DNA of 26,556 bases, taken from IMG/VR virus record IMGVR_UViG_3300013195_000003, positions 78,524 through 105,079 of that record; one strand, 5' to 3'. The position numbers and the translations under genes are program-made. The notes beneath the pieces were generated by a model that was not told the DNA's origin, ran no database searches, and was given only the letters and a program-made list of their open reading frames with translations. Below, piece after piece: positions 8,601 through 15,562 of the stretch (within the stretch, counting starts at the first letter, position 1; the number at the start of each line of letters is the position of its first letter). The stretch is from a virus.

Positions 8601-11600
8601 ATTCAGACAACAACGTGGTCTTGGCACCCTCAACTACAGTGAACGTAACAATGTGGAGATTGAGGTCTTTGACCTTGCTGTGTCTCCTGAGTTTGACGGC
8701 GAAGTCCAAGTGGACGGTACGATTACTGGCACAAAGACCTTCACGCTGTTTAAGAAGGAGATTAACGAACCTCTGACACCTTATAAGGCACAGCAGCTGC
8801 TTGTGACCCTGGATGGTGTGCTGCAAGATCCTGACACTGCATATACTGTCAGTGGTAACACGATTACATTTGCTGAAGCTCCTCTCGGACCTTATGTGGA
8901 TGCTAAGACTGGAATTCACGTTCCTGGTGTGACATTCTATGGTAAGTCTGTCAAGTTCCAAGATAATGCAAACAATGATCGTTATATGCTTGAGGCAAAT
9001 AACATCACATCAGAGTTTGATGGTACTAGTACCGAGTTTGACTTGGGTATCGAAGTTGTCAATGACGACCACCTGTTTGTGTCTCTTGACGGTGTTGTAC
9101 AGGAACCTGACGTTGCATATGACTTGGTTGTTGGCGGCGCTGGCGAGATTCACTTCACAGAACCTCCTAGACAGGTTGGTAAGATTCTCGAGCTTGATAT
9201 TACTGATGCAACCAACTATCTGGTAAATGATTTTGTTGTTGGTCAGACATCTGGTGCACGTGGTGAGATTGTTGCCAAGCGTTATTTTGTCGATCATAGA
9301 TTCCTGGATGCTGCTGATATCTTAGATTCCAATAGCACAGTTCTTGCCGAAGAAGCTGTAGGTATTCTGGATGACACTAGCAAGTTCTCTGCTGCTAATG
9401 GATTCTCTTATCCTGGTTTGGGCAGAAATCAGTGTATTACTGACCTGAAGTCCGTTCTCAAGAATATTGCCAGAGACCTCCAACTTGGTGGTAACAGCAA
9501 TACCTGGGATGCTGCTAAAGAGTATCTGCTCGATCCTGCTGATCCTAACTCGGACCTTAAGCATATTGAGGGCGAAGTTGAGGCGACTTTGTGGGCAATG
9601 AAGTATTTTAAGGATATGACTATCCTTGCACTTCGTAATAAGTTTGGTATTGATAACCTGACAGCAGCTCAAAGAGCAAACTTAAATGACCCATATAATA
9701 CAGCAAATGCCGTTGCAGATGAATTTATTGATGCTGCTAACTTATTAGATGCCAACCGCAACTTCATTGCAGAAGAAGCTGTTGCTATGATGCTTGCTAA
9801 TCCTGCAAATACGGGATTCACAATTCCTAATGGTAATGTGAATTGTATCGATGATGTTAAGGATATGCTGAAAGCTATCAGCTGGAACTTACAATATGGC
9901 GGCAATAACAAAGTCTGGGATGCAGCAGAACTCTACATTGATAGATCTGGTGCTCTAGAGCATATCACAGGACAAGTTACAGAAACCTTAGAAGTATTCG
10001 CAAATGTCAAAACTCTCGCTGCTGATGTCATTCGCAACATCAATATCACACCAGTTGGTGCCCACGGCGTCACTCAGGTGTTTGATAACAGCATTACTGT
10101 TGAGACAAATGAGTGCGCAGCTGTAGAATCTGCTATTGACGTTTTGGTGGATCTGGTTGGCGATGCCGTACAGAACCCCAGTACATTTGAAGCAAATGTA
10201 AGCAGAACTCTGCCATATATTTGGCCTCTTGAATTCAGCACTCTGGCAGTAAATCGCGACCTAACGATTACAGTTGACACTGCCAATCCTTACTGTGCTC
10301 AGGTTGAATCTGCAATTAGCACACTGTTTGATATTGTCACGACAACAATTTCCGAATCTGCATATAACAATAATAACCACCTGTTGACTGTCACACAGGA
10401 CTTCCCGAATCCCAACAGAATTCAAGTTGAGATGACTAAGAAGGACTTCCTGCAAGGTGAGGATATCCAATCTGAAGCTTCTCTTCTTACAGCAACTGTA
10501 CAGAGTGTCAGTTCTATTGATCCTGGTATCCAGCAGAAGTTCTTTGCATTTAAACACGGTAAGTATTACAAACTAGACTCTATTGAGTCTCAGTTTAATG
10601 ATGCACAAACTATCTTTGAACTTGAGAGAGATGGCGTTCCTTTCTATGCAGAAAGAAACCAGAACCTTGTGATTTTCCTGAACGGTGTTATGCAGGTCAA
10701 TCGTGACGCATATACTGTTGCAGACAATATTATCGTATTCAATGAAGCTCCTGCTACTGGATCTTCTTGCTTCGTTCTGTACTTCTATGGTTTGGATCCC
10801 GAGCGTGTTCTGATTGGTTATAACATCGAACCACCTGGCACATTTAAGAAGTTCTTTAAGCTGACTCTGGACCAACAGATCTTACTGCCTCTGGAAGGAG
10901 CAGAGTGTTGGATTTCTACTGAACCTGGAACTGGAACTACGAGACAGTATCCGTATTCGTTTGCTAGAGGTAGGATTTATAAGCAATCCTGGACTCCTGG
11001 TCAGCAAAACATTCTCTTTGTTGAAGGTGTTACTGCACAGAAGGTCAATTGGTTGAATGGTACTCTAAGTGTGACCAGAGATAGAGGTGCGACAGCTTCT
11101 ATCATTGATTTACAAGTAACGGCAGTAGAGGAATTGGTCAATGACGAACTTAGGGAAAAACTGTTTAATAGACAAGATAGAATTAAGTCTAATCTCAGTC
11201 AAGGTGATTTAATTCAAATTGATGGTGAGGCAGAGACTCGTAGTATCGTAAGAGCTGCTAGAGATGCTCTGGTTACTTCTGGATATGATTCCGACACCTC
11301 TGGTGACGTGGCATCGTTCTTCAGATCTTATGAGTATGAAGTCGTTCTTAACGTCGGTCCTTACTCTGGTCAGATTGAAGGTTTTGGTGCTCAAGCAATT
11401 GCAAAAATTGACGCTGAGGTTAGATTCCACACTTTACAATCTTCTAGACAAGAGGATCTTGAATTCTTGCCTGGCGACGAGGTTGTTCAATTCCAAGATC
11501 AAAATGATACCAGCAGTCCTGTTGTTTGGAGAGGAACTGTCAAAGAATATTCTCGTGATAGAAGCACAATTGGATTTAGATCAGATTATATTGACGGAGC

Positions 11601-13665
11601 TCCATATACGGATCCTAGCGAAACTGCCTTCCGTCCTGGTGAGAGAATCTATGTCGAATCTGTTCTTAGCACAAATGCCATTGGTATTCAATACCTGAAG
11701 CCTGGTGGCGTGAATAGCATTGTTCTGACAAAAAGAGATAACACTGCTTATTATGAAGCTTACAGAGAATGGAAGCAAGCAAATGTTTGGAATAAAGGCG
11801 AAGATCTGTTAGGTAACGCATTTGTTCCTAAGAATGCTAGCGCTAATGACGAACCTGGCGAATACGATTTCAGCTCTGCTCTCTATGACGACTTGCTAAA
11901 TCCTCAGATCTCAAAGAATTATCGCGAACCTCCTGTGATGATTTTTAGATCTTCACCTGTTGTTGACTCTAATGGCGATGCTTTAACTTCACCAACTGGT
12001 GGTGGCGCTAGAGCACGTGCCATTGTGGTTCGTGGCGAGATTACAGACACCGAGTTGATTTCATCTGGTTCTGGTTATAAGGTTCCTCCACAAATCCTCT
12101 TCACTAGAGGTTACTTTGTGTTCCGTAAGGATCCTCTGAGTGTTGTTAAATTTACAACGTTTGGTATTGAACCTCCGAAGATTGATTCTCCTGTCGGTGT
12201 TCAAAGCTTCCTGCAAACCATCTTCAAAGGTGGCGATCAAACTCGCTGGTCGTTGTTCAATTCCCTCGCTCCTGCTGGTCAGAACCTTGTGTTTGGTAAT
12301 GCTGGTGCGCCGATCTATCAGGTCAACAAATACTATGACGGTCGTGTAATCATTCAAAAGATTCTCGATCTCGGACCTGAGATGCATCCTCAACCTGAGA
12401 TTTACATCAACCTGGCACCAGAGCAAGTTTTATGTGAGTGGAAAGAGACCCTTGCTATGCAGTCTATAATGACTGGTGGTGTGCAGGGTATGTCTGTTGC
12501 TATTACTAGACATAAGAAGTCTGAAACCAAGGTTCAATACAATGCTGGTGTTGTTGAGAAGAGAGCTTTCAACAATCCCGATCTGATTGGTTTCGATTCT
12601 TATGACACTGGTTCTCTTGGATTGACTATTGGTTCGTTGGAATCTATGAAGTTTGAGATTCAACCTCAAACTAATAGCTCTGTCGGACAGAACGGTTACT
12701 ACACTGATGCTTCTGGCAGACAGATTAATTACATAATGGGCGATATGAATCTTGAATTCTGGTCTAACCTGTATCCTAATCTGACTATTGGCGATTTTGA
12801 AGATAAAGAAATCCTCAACTCTCAGGTATATGCAGAAGGAGAGCAAAACTACTTCCGTTATCAGCAGGGTGCCGAGTTCCACTTCAGAACTGCTAGCAAA
12901 GCTATGGTCCTGGATAACACATTCGGAGATGATGTTGTTCTCGTGAACAGCACAAAAGGATTCCCAGCTTCTGGTGGTAGATTCATCGTTGGTGTTCCTG
13001 GTACCGATAAGAGAGAGGAAATGACTTACACTTCTGCCACTGGCGATAGATTCCTTGGTGTTCAGAGATTGAATCCTCTCAGCACAGTGGAAGAAGGTTC
13101 ACGGTTTACCGTTATGCCTATGACTCCTACTGATAACAATGTGTCAGTTACTAATGGTGGTACTGGATTGAACTATAACGGATTCTTTGCTTCCGATGTT
13201 CAATATTATATTTTCTACGGTGGTAGTACTGGTAACGATAGATGGATTCAGTGGGAATTCAGCACAACTGAGCAGATCGCAACATTCCAGAATCATACCA
13301 CTATTACCACCGAATATATAAGGGGTAATATGTCCAACGGTGGCGAAACACCAGGACAAGATTTAGAGTGCTTCTTCTGGACCCAAGCAACTGGTTATGT
13401 TAAAGCTGGCAATGTTTGGGAATACAATACCGCCAACATCAATAATGATGTAGGCATTGATTGGAGCACCACAACTCTTACTATTCCAGCAACTGTCCAA
13501 ACTGAAATTAATGCTGGAAATACTTTCAGATTATATTACCAGCAACTTAATATTCAAGCAAGTGCTGCCGATTACTTCGGAATTAGAACTTGGTGGTTGG
13601 ATGACATCGATAGCGAACCTACTTATCCCGTGGGATCTGTTGTTATGACTGCCAACAAAATATAA
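2665..13665 (+). CDS. gp7: Giant baseplate wedge initiator, T4 gp7-like, multidomain (3666 aa)
   Basis: Lies between gp6 and gp8. N-terminal QLPDFIVEDYP..FLSKYYE and IKDFYQVKGTPQSLEFIFQILF, plus the QDGIYYQDYSYVVKS..WRDFVKKFTHPAGFNLFGE motif typical of gp7-like proteins. Carries many inserted repeat domains. Confidence 0.88.
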   Translation: MAGPSLAALIENQLPDFIVEDYPLVTNFLSKYYEALALSEGPTDIINNFEKYLDVDTFSPEVLVKTCLLEQEIADGSDRIDIVVNKTDGFPDKNGLIMIDQEIFLYETKTATEFKNCVRGYSAKTALGDLYNEISYHESSTGVHKQFAEVSNLSNLLLAGLIKQYEEQYTSGFPYQYLRDQSNKNLLVKRIKDFYQVKGTPQSLEFIFQILFSVKPDIFYPKENVFKSSESGWNSKELLLVEVISGDIREVVGNEIAQTPDPYNPELTSATAIIDNIVGEPYQGSRLYTLTISPGSKTGKFAIARRTFLMNALSQNAGPGDRIDVFSTIGFPEKDGRVVIGTEEITYSGKTATQFIIAERDAAIKEVSNKRSFSHKKGVRCFTKNNLTGKYQDEFGIARETQLRIYGLVAGLTSEGLELESSSLVYGEQGDESVFDVEDGGIPYIALDNMVEFSSSGFFDDLPLTNEWIVNEDFTKLSAFDPTNIGSTSIKDKLLSNVSAIYRDDTNYYIASSGFPSYPIGPFDNTAVPQDQEHLKIIPRKPIDASNKQYSTNREVGVLINGVPLLNHRSPDGLAYGSITDIEITDTGRNYTVPPTVNIEGAAEAYAEINGLGQVTNIVVTNPGSGYSAPPEVTITSGSGGQFTTVISQGEIASISLSINELAQVIDAGQDYTEPPNVFIFDSSGKGKGALFTCQIDANTGTITGFTKLSGGFDYQEATTTVTLAPRHQIAGARANLTQWKFNSYFSETVDNGNTSGIVYEASSTLYGNAYGHIIAPTSLKIQRSDNVDGQGNPLTNKTHSPILGWAYDGNPIYGSFGYDNPYQDTSASSPTIKRMESSWRLKTTRGNDSPSEATYSLGRFVNDYEYVERLGDLDANNGRFCTTPEFPDGVYAYFLTTDSNETPQFPYSVGEAFYNVPVEENWKEGARQSVLPDRVRRRRVNASESSGELLTSRVSGVNYGPVTNIEVHASSANFTNEDVVFVDNTTNDSGDGLFAAVNEIQGQEVESLSCNSPKNNYLITNNPLFLNHETVITQENTGASAQVIGKIEEVDRFVVKNVTGEFNLTDNINSTTEIYNLTFDNTVVADVGDEVVLQVQSGGVAHETAIGKVLRNVFDKNTVVVELQLANPNETTTLDEDGVTVITIPRSSYTDIGYFAVGDGISLGPSAATIVSIRSLSKGFKLLNIEDNIAVLKTKDKVHGLAVGDDVIVTVEPNAAIATQRYFVETKKYHTIQLENIERSTAINDSGLSRISLIGAGSGFTPSTTFNDVTVDFYSNSRVGVVHGTLDITTNANGNVESAVITSGGSGYQYGDILTVPLGNLGGNVGSNNCAFFVDAAGFGSNKTLLTVDNSNGISAGDIIQITEELLQVVSVSGNNITVTRGYNNTEIVDHLDDIAVTLITKTYRFTKDSVINFGSSTAYVDSYNPATQQITVYYANEGDLEITSSSIFVDESTPTKQAIINSVTDTSLRFRFRKDGDTEWFRNLSLDVQRTYRYIFDTSDASLLNRHLKFYSNVYRTRKLLQAFESVEKPGLSGSYTSFQLGYGIPIDGTSWEQTPIIDVPPKIYYDEPLDLIDSENQFFTLVSDPFAGKHAVFYGYEYEFAYRLPTTPQQEGFTNVQYYTDSLYAIGSIKSIKVISGGKNYTIPPQLPGVFLNKRFRGAFTPLIEDGKITSVTVVDTGLNYSKPQVLLENTDGGANAQFRVELTNQGAVGRIVPIDQGSGYGPDTTLRLYESDTKLFAHGENIGKLATLEIISSGKDFNNDPTLLPQVNPPVVMTLRNFPARAFLNGEQITQRNSQGRVIATGRVDFWINGMNILRIKQIEGKFDQRYSLYGESLRSTADIQKIYVAKIDPIIGPTSTSIGNFQTDRSKLSAVSQKIQDGIYYQDYSYVVKSTVSINDWRDFVKKFTHPAGFNLFGEVLIESFGDAEQPETIDTPQSGTKDNGFGAVISIIEPGVLGVTTTHKSTRITQSHVRVDTFRQQRGLGTLNYSERNNVEIEVFDLAVSPEFDGEVQVDGTITGTKTFTLFKKEINEPLTPYKAQQLLVTLDGVLQDPDTAYTVSGNTITFAEAPLGPYVDAKTGIHVPGVTFYGKSVKFQDNANNDRYMLEANNITSEFDGTSTEFDLGIEVVNDDHLFVSLDGVVQEPDVAYDLVVGGAGEIHFTEPPRQVGKILELDITDATNYLVNDFVVGQTSGARGEIVAKRYFVDHRFLDAADILDSNSTVLAEEAVGILDDTSKFSAANGFSYPGLGRNQCITDLKSVLKNIARDLQLGGNSNTWDAAKEYLLDPADPNSDLKHIEGEVEATLWAMKYFKDMTILALRNKFGIDNLTAAQRANLNDPYNTANAVADEFIDAANLLDANRNFIAEEAVAMMLANPANTGFTIPNGNVNCIDDVKDMLKAISWNLQYGGNNKVWDAAELYIDRSGALEHITGQVTETLEVFANVKTLAADVIRNINITPVGAHGVTQVFDNSITVETNECAAVESAIDVLVDLVGDAVQNPSTFEANVSRTLPYIWPLEFSTLAVNRDLTITVDTANPYCAQVESAISTLFDIVTTTISESAYNNNNHLLTVTQDFPNPNRIQVEMTKKDFLQGEDIQSEASLLTATVQSVSSIDPGIQQKFFAFKHGKYYKLDSIESQFNDAQTIFELERDGVPFYAERNQNLVIFLNGVMQVNRDAYTVADNIIVFNEAPATGSSCFVLYFYGLDPERVLIGYNIEPPGTFKKFFKLTLDQQILLPLEGAECWISTEPGTGTTRQYPYSFARGRIYKQSWTPGQQNILFVEGVTAQKVNWLNGTLSVTRDRGATASIIDLQVTAVEELVNDELREKLFNRQDRIKSNLSQGDLIQIDGEAETRSIVRAARDALVTSGYDSDTSGDVASFFRSYEYEVVLNVGPYSGQIEGFGAQAIAKIDAEVRFHTLQSSRQEDLEFLPGDEVVQFQDQNDTSSPVVWRGTVKEYSRDRSTIGFRSDYIDGAPYTDPSETAFRPGERIYVESVLSTNAIGIQYLKPGGVNSIVLTKRDNTAYYEAYREWKQANVWNKGEDLLGNAFVPKNASANDEPGEYDFSSALYDDLLNPQISKNYREPPVMIFRSSPVVDSNGDALTSPTGGGARARAIVVRGEITDTELISSGSGYKVPPQILFTRGYFVFRKDPLSVVKFTTFGIEPPKIDSPVGVQSFLQTIFKGGDQTRWSLFNSLAPAGQNLVFGNAGAPIYQVNKYYDGRVIIQKILDLGPEMHPQPEIYINLAPEQVLCEWKETLAMQSIMTGGVQGMSVAITRHKKSETKVQYNAGVVEKRAFNNPDLIGFDSYDTGSLGLTIGSLESMKFEIQPQTNSSVGQNGYYTDASGRQINYIMGDMNLEFWSNLYPNLTIGDFEDKEILNSQVYAEGEQNYFRYQQGAEFHFRTASKAMVLDNTFGDDVVLVNSTKGFPASGGRFIVGVPGTDKREEMTYTSATGDRFLGVQRLNPLSTVEEGSRFTVMPMTPTDNNVSVTNGGTGLNYNGFFASDVQYYIFYGGSTGNDRWIQWEFSTTEQIATFQNHTTITTEYIRGNMSNGGETPGQDLECFFWTQATGYVKAGNVWEYNTANINNDVGIDWSTTTLTIPATVQTEINAGNTFRLYYQQLNIQASAADYFGIRTWWLDDIDSEPTYPVGSVVMTANKI
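4186..5400 (+). other. YHYH-like domain within gp7, split by an insertion
   Basis: IASSGFPSY..., VGVLINGVP, then after the insert HSPILGWAYDGNPIYG, GDLDANNGRFCTTPEFPDGVYAYFLT and FPY. These are characteristic YHYH-family segments. Confidence 0.7.
8797..10752 (+). repeat. Three copies of an 'LxVxLDGVxQxPxxAY...IxFxExP' beta domain in gp7
   Basis: LLVTLDGVLQDPDTAYTVSGNTITFAEAP (~8797), LFVSLDGVVQEPDVAY..IHFTEPP (~9073) and LVIFLNGVMQVNRDAYTVADNIIVFNEAP (~10666). Confidence 0.85.
9298..10360 (+). repeat. Two copies of a helical, Cys-containing domain in gp7 (phycobiliprotein-like)
   Basis: FLDAADILDSNSTVLAEEAV..CITDLKSVLKNIARDLQLGGNSNTWDAAKEY versus FIDAANLLDANRNFIAEEAV..CIDDVKDMLKAISWNLQYGGNNKVWDAAELY, plus two CAxVESAI helices. 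The duplication is directly visible; the fold assignment is inference. Confidence 0.75.
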
Positions 13666-13679
13666 TTAAATCCACTAAA

Positions 13680-13687
13680 TATAAATA
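13680..13687 (+). promoter_or_regulatory. T4 late promoter TATAAATA upstream of gp8
   Basis: Exact consensus in the gp7-gp8 intergenic region, overlapping a CTAAATA copy (13675-13681). Confidence 0.85.
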
Positions 13688-13720
13688 ACCTCGGATCCAG
13701 TCTCAGTATACGAAAATCCA

Positions 13721-15541
13721 ATGTCTGCAATTATCACTGATCTTTTTAGAATTCATAATGCACAGCAGTTCGTTGAGGCGCTGGCGGAACCTGACACTGC
13801 TTCTCCTGCAGAGGAAACGGCAGCTGAGTCTGGTACCCAACGTACTCGATTGTACTTCTTTATTGGACGCCCTCAAGAGTGGCGTGCGTACTTAGAATTG
13901 TACGCAATCAATAACACTTTCCAAGAAGGCGAGATCGTCTATCAGGGTTCTTCCTATCCTGGTGGCGCTACCGTCTATGGTACGGTCGAAAAAGTGTTCC
14001 CTAACTCGGTTCTTCTCTCTGGCGTTAACGGCGCTTCTGGTCAGAACTCCAACTTTGTTGCGGGTGTAACTGTTACAGGTAACACAGGTGGCGCTACTGC
14101 TAAGGCAGGTGTGTGGAGAACTGGTACTGAGAACACCCCCACACAACCTTTCGACTCGCAGGAAGAAAAGTTTGAGATCTTCGATGATATGATCTCACTG
14201 AAGCGTGTTAAGAAGGATGACGTGACCTTTGTGGTCAAGCGTTATAACTTCGGTGCTAACACCGTGTACGATATGTACAAGCCTGACTACAGCAGCGCCA
14301 AAACTGCTGCAACAGGTGCAACCTCTCTGTTTGCTTCCACATTCTATGTGATGAACAGCAGCTATGAGGTGTTCAAATGTATTTACAACGGTCAGACCCC
14401 TACCGATCCTAACGGTGTGGTCTCTGTGACCGAACCCACCAAGGTCCAGTCGATCTCTGGTATCTTTATCGAACCTGAAGATCCTGGCAACCCTGGTTTC
14501 CGTACTGACGGTAAGCGTCCGTACGTTTGGAAGTATATGTACACCATCCCTACTGATAGTGTGCTGAAATTCCTGTCTACTGACTTCCTTCCCATCGTGG
14601 AAGAGACCGCAGTGACAACCGCAGCTGTTGACGGTGCTATTGACACTATTTTGGTTACCGATGCTGGTACCAACTATGACCCTGGTACTTACTATGCTCC
14701 TATTCAGGGCAATGGTGCTGGCGGTATCGCTAAGCTGGTTGTTGATGCTGGTGCAATTGTTGAGGCAAGTCTCCAAGCAAATGGCACAGGTTATACCTAT
14801 GCTTCTATCAACTTGAGCGATGTCTACAGCGATGCTGCTCTGACTACTCCTTCCAACATTGACGCCAACAGCGATGCTACTGGTGGTGCTCTGGAAGTGA
14901 TCATTCCTCCTCAGGGTGGTCACGGTAAGGACCCTGTTGAGGAGCTGGGTGGTAAGCGTGTGATGATTAACACTCGCTTGACCTATGATGAAGGTGAGGG
15001 CGACTTCCCGACTGATAACGACTTCCGTCGTATCGGTCTGCTGCGCGACCCTTACAACTACAACTCCACCGACTTTGCTACTGCTGATAACCTGAGTGCT
15101 ACTCCTGCACTCAAAGTGCAGAACCCCTCTGGCGACTTCTTCGTTGACGAAGAGATCTCCCAAACCTACACTGATGGCAATGGCGACACCGTTATCGCTA
15201 AAGCTACTGTGGTTTCTTGGAAGGGTACTGTTGACGGTGTGACCTACAACATCCTGAAGTACTTCCAGTCTCCTGATCGTCACACCCATAACGGTGTTGT
15301 GTATCCGTTTGATAATGGTGCTGACACGGTTTCTGGCGGAACTTCGCTTTCTACTGCTACGGTAAATAGTACATATAATACTCCTGGTGGTCAGACTGAC
15401 GGCGGTGTTATCTTTGCTTCTGGTCTCGCTAATCCCGAAATCGAAGGCAACTCTGGTGACATCATCTATATCGAAAACCGTCGCGCCATTTCTCGTGCTT
15501 CTGACCAGATTGAGGACATTAAGCTCGTTGTCGAGTTCTAA
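13721..15541 (+). CDS. gp8: Baseplate wedge subunit, T4 gp8-like
   Basis: Motifs MSAIITDLFRIHNAQQF, LYFFIGRPQEW, YDMYKPDYS, FYVMNSSYEVFKCIYNG, YVWKYMYTIP, DFRRIGLLRDP and the C-terminal GDIIYIENRRAISRASDQIEDIKLVVEF. Confidence 0.93.
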   Translation: MSAIITDLFRIHNAQQFVEALAEPDTASPAEETAAESGTQRTRLYFFIGRPQEWRAYLELYAINNTFQEGEIVYQGSSYPGGATVYGTVEKVFPNSVLLSGVNGASGQNSNFVAGVTVTGNTGGATAKAGVWRTGTENTPTQPFDSQEEKFEIFDDMISLKRVKKDDVTFVVKRYNFGANTVYDMYKPDYSSAKTAATGATSLFASTFYVMNSSYEVFKCIYNGQTPTDPNGVVSVTEPTKVQSISGIFIEPEDPGNPGFRTDGKRPYVWKYMYTIPTDSVLKFLSTDFLPIVEETAVTTAAVDGAIDTILVTDAGTNYDPGTYYAPIQGNGAGGIAKLVVDAGAIVEASLQANGTGYTYASINLSDVYSDAALTTPSNIDANSDATGGALEVIIPPQGGHGKDPVEELGGKRVMINTRLTYDEGEGDFPTDNDFRRIGLLRDPYNYNSTDFATADNLSATPALKVQNPSGDFFVDEEISQTYTDGNGDTVIAKATVVSWKGTVDGVTYNILKYFQSPDRHTHNGVVYPFDNGADTVSGGTSLSTATVNSTYNTPGGQTDGGVIFASGLANPEIEGNSGDIIYIENRRAISRASDQIEDIKLVVEF

Positions 15542-15562
15542 TTCATAACAGAGACCTAAGAG

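Noticed and set aside
449-15541. Bacterial contractile injection system (T6SS/eCIS/tailocin)
   Set aside because: The gp25-gp6-gp7-gp8 order, T4-type gp8 and TATAAATA late promoters indicate a T4-like phage genome.
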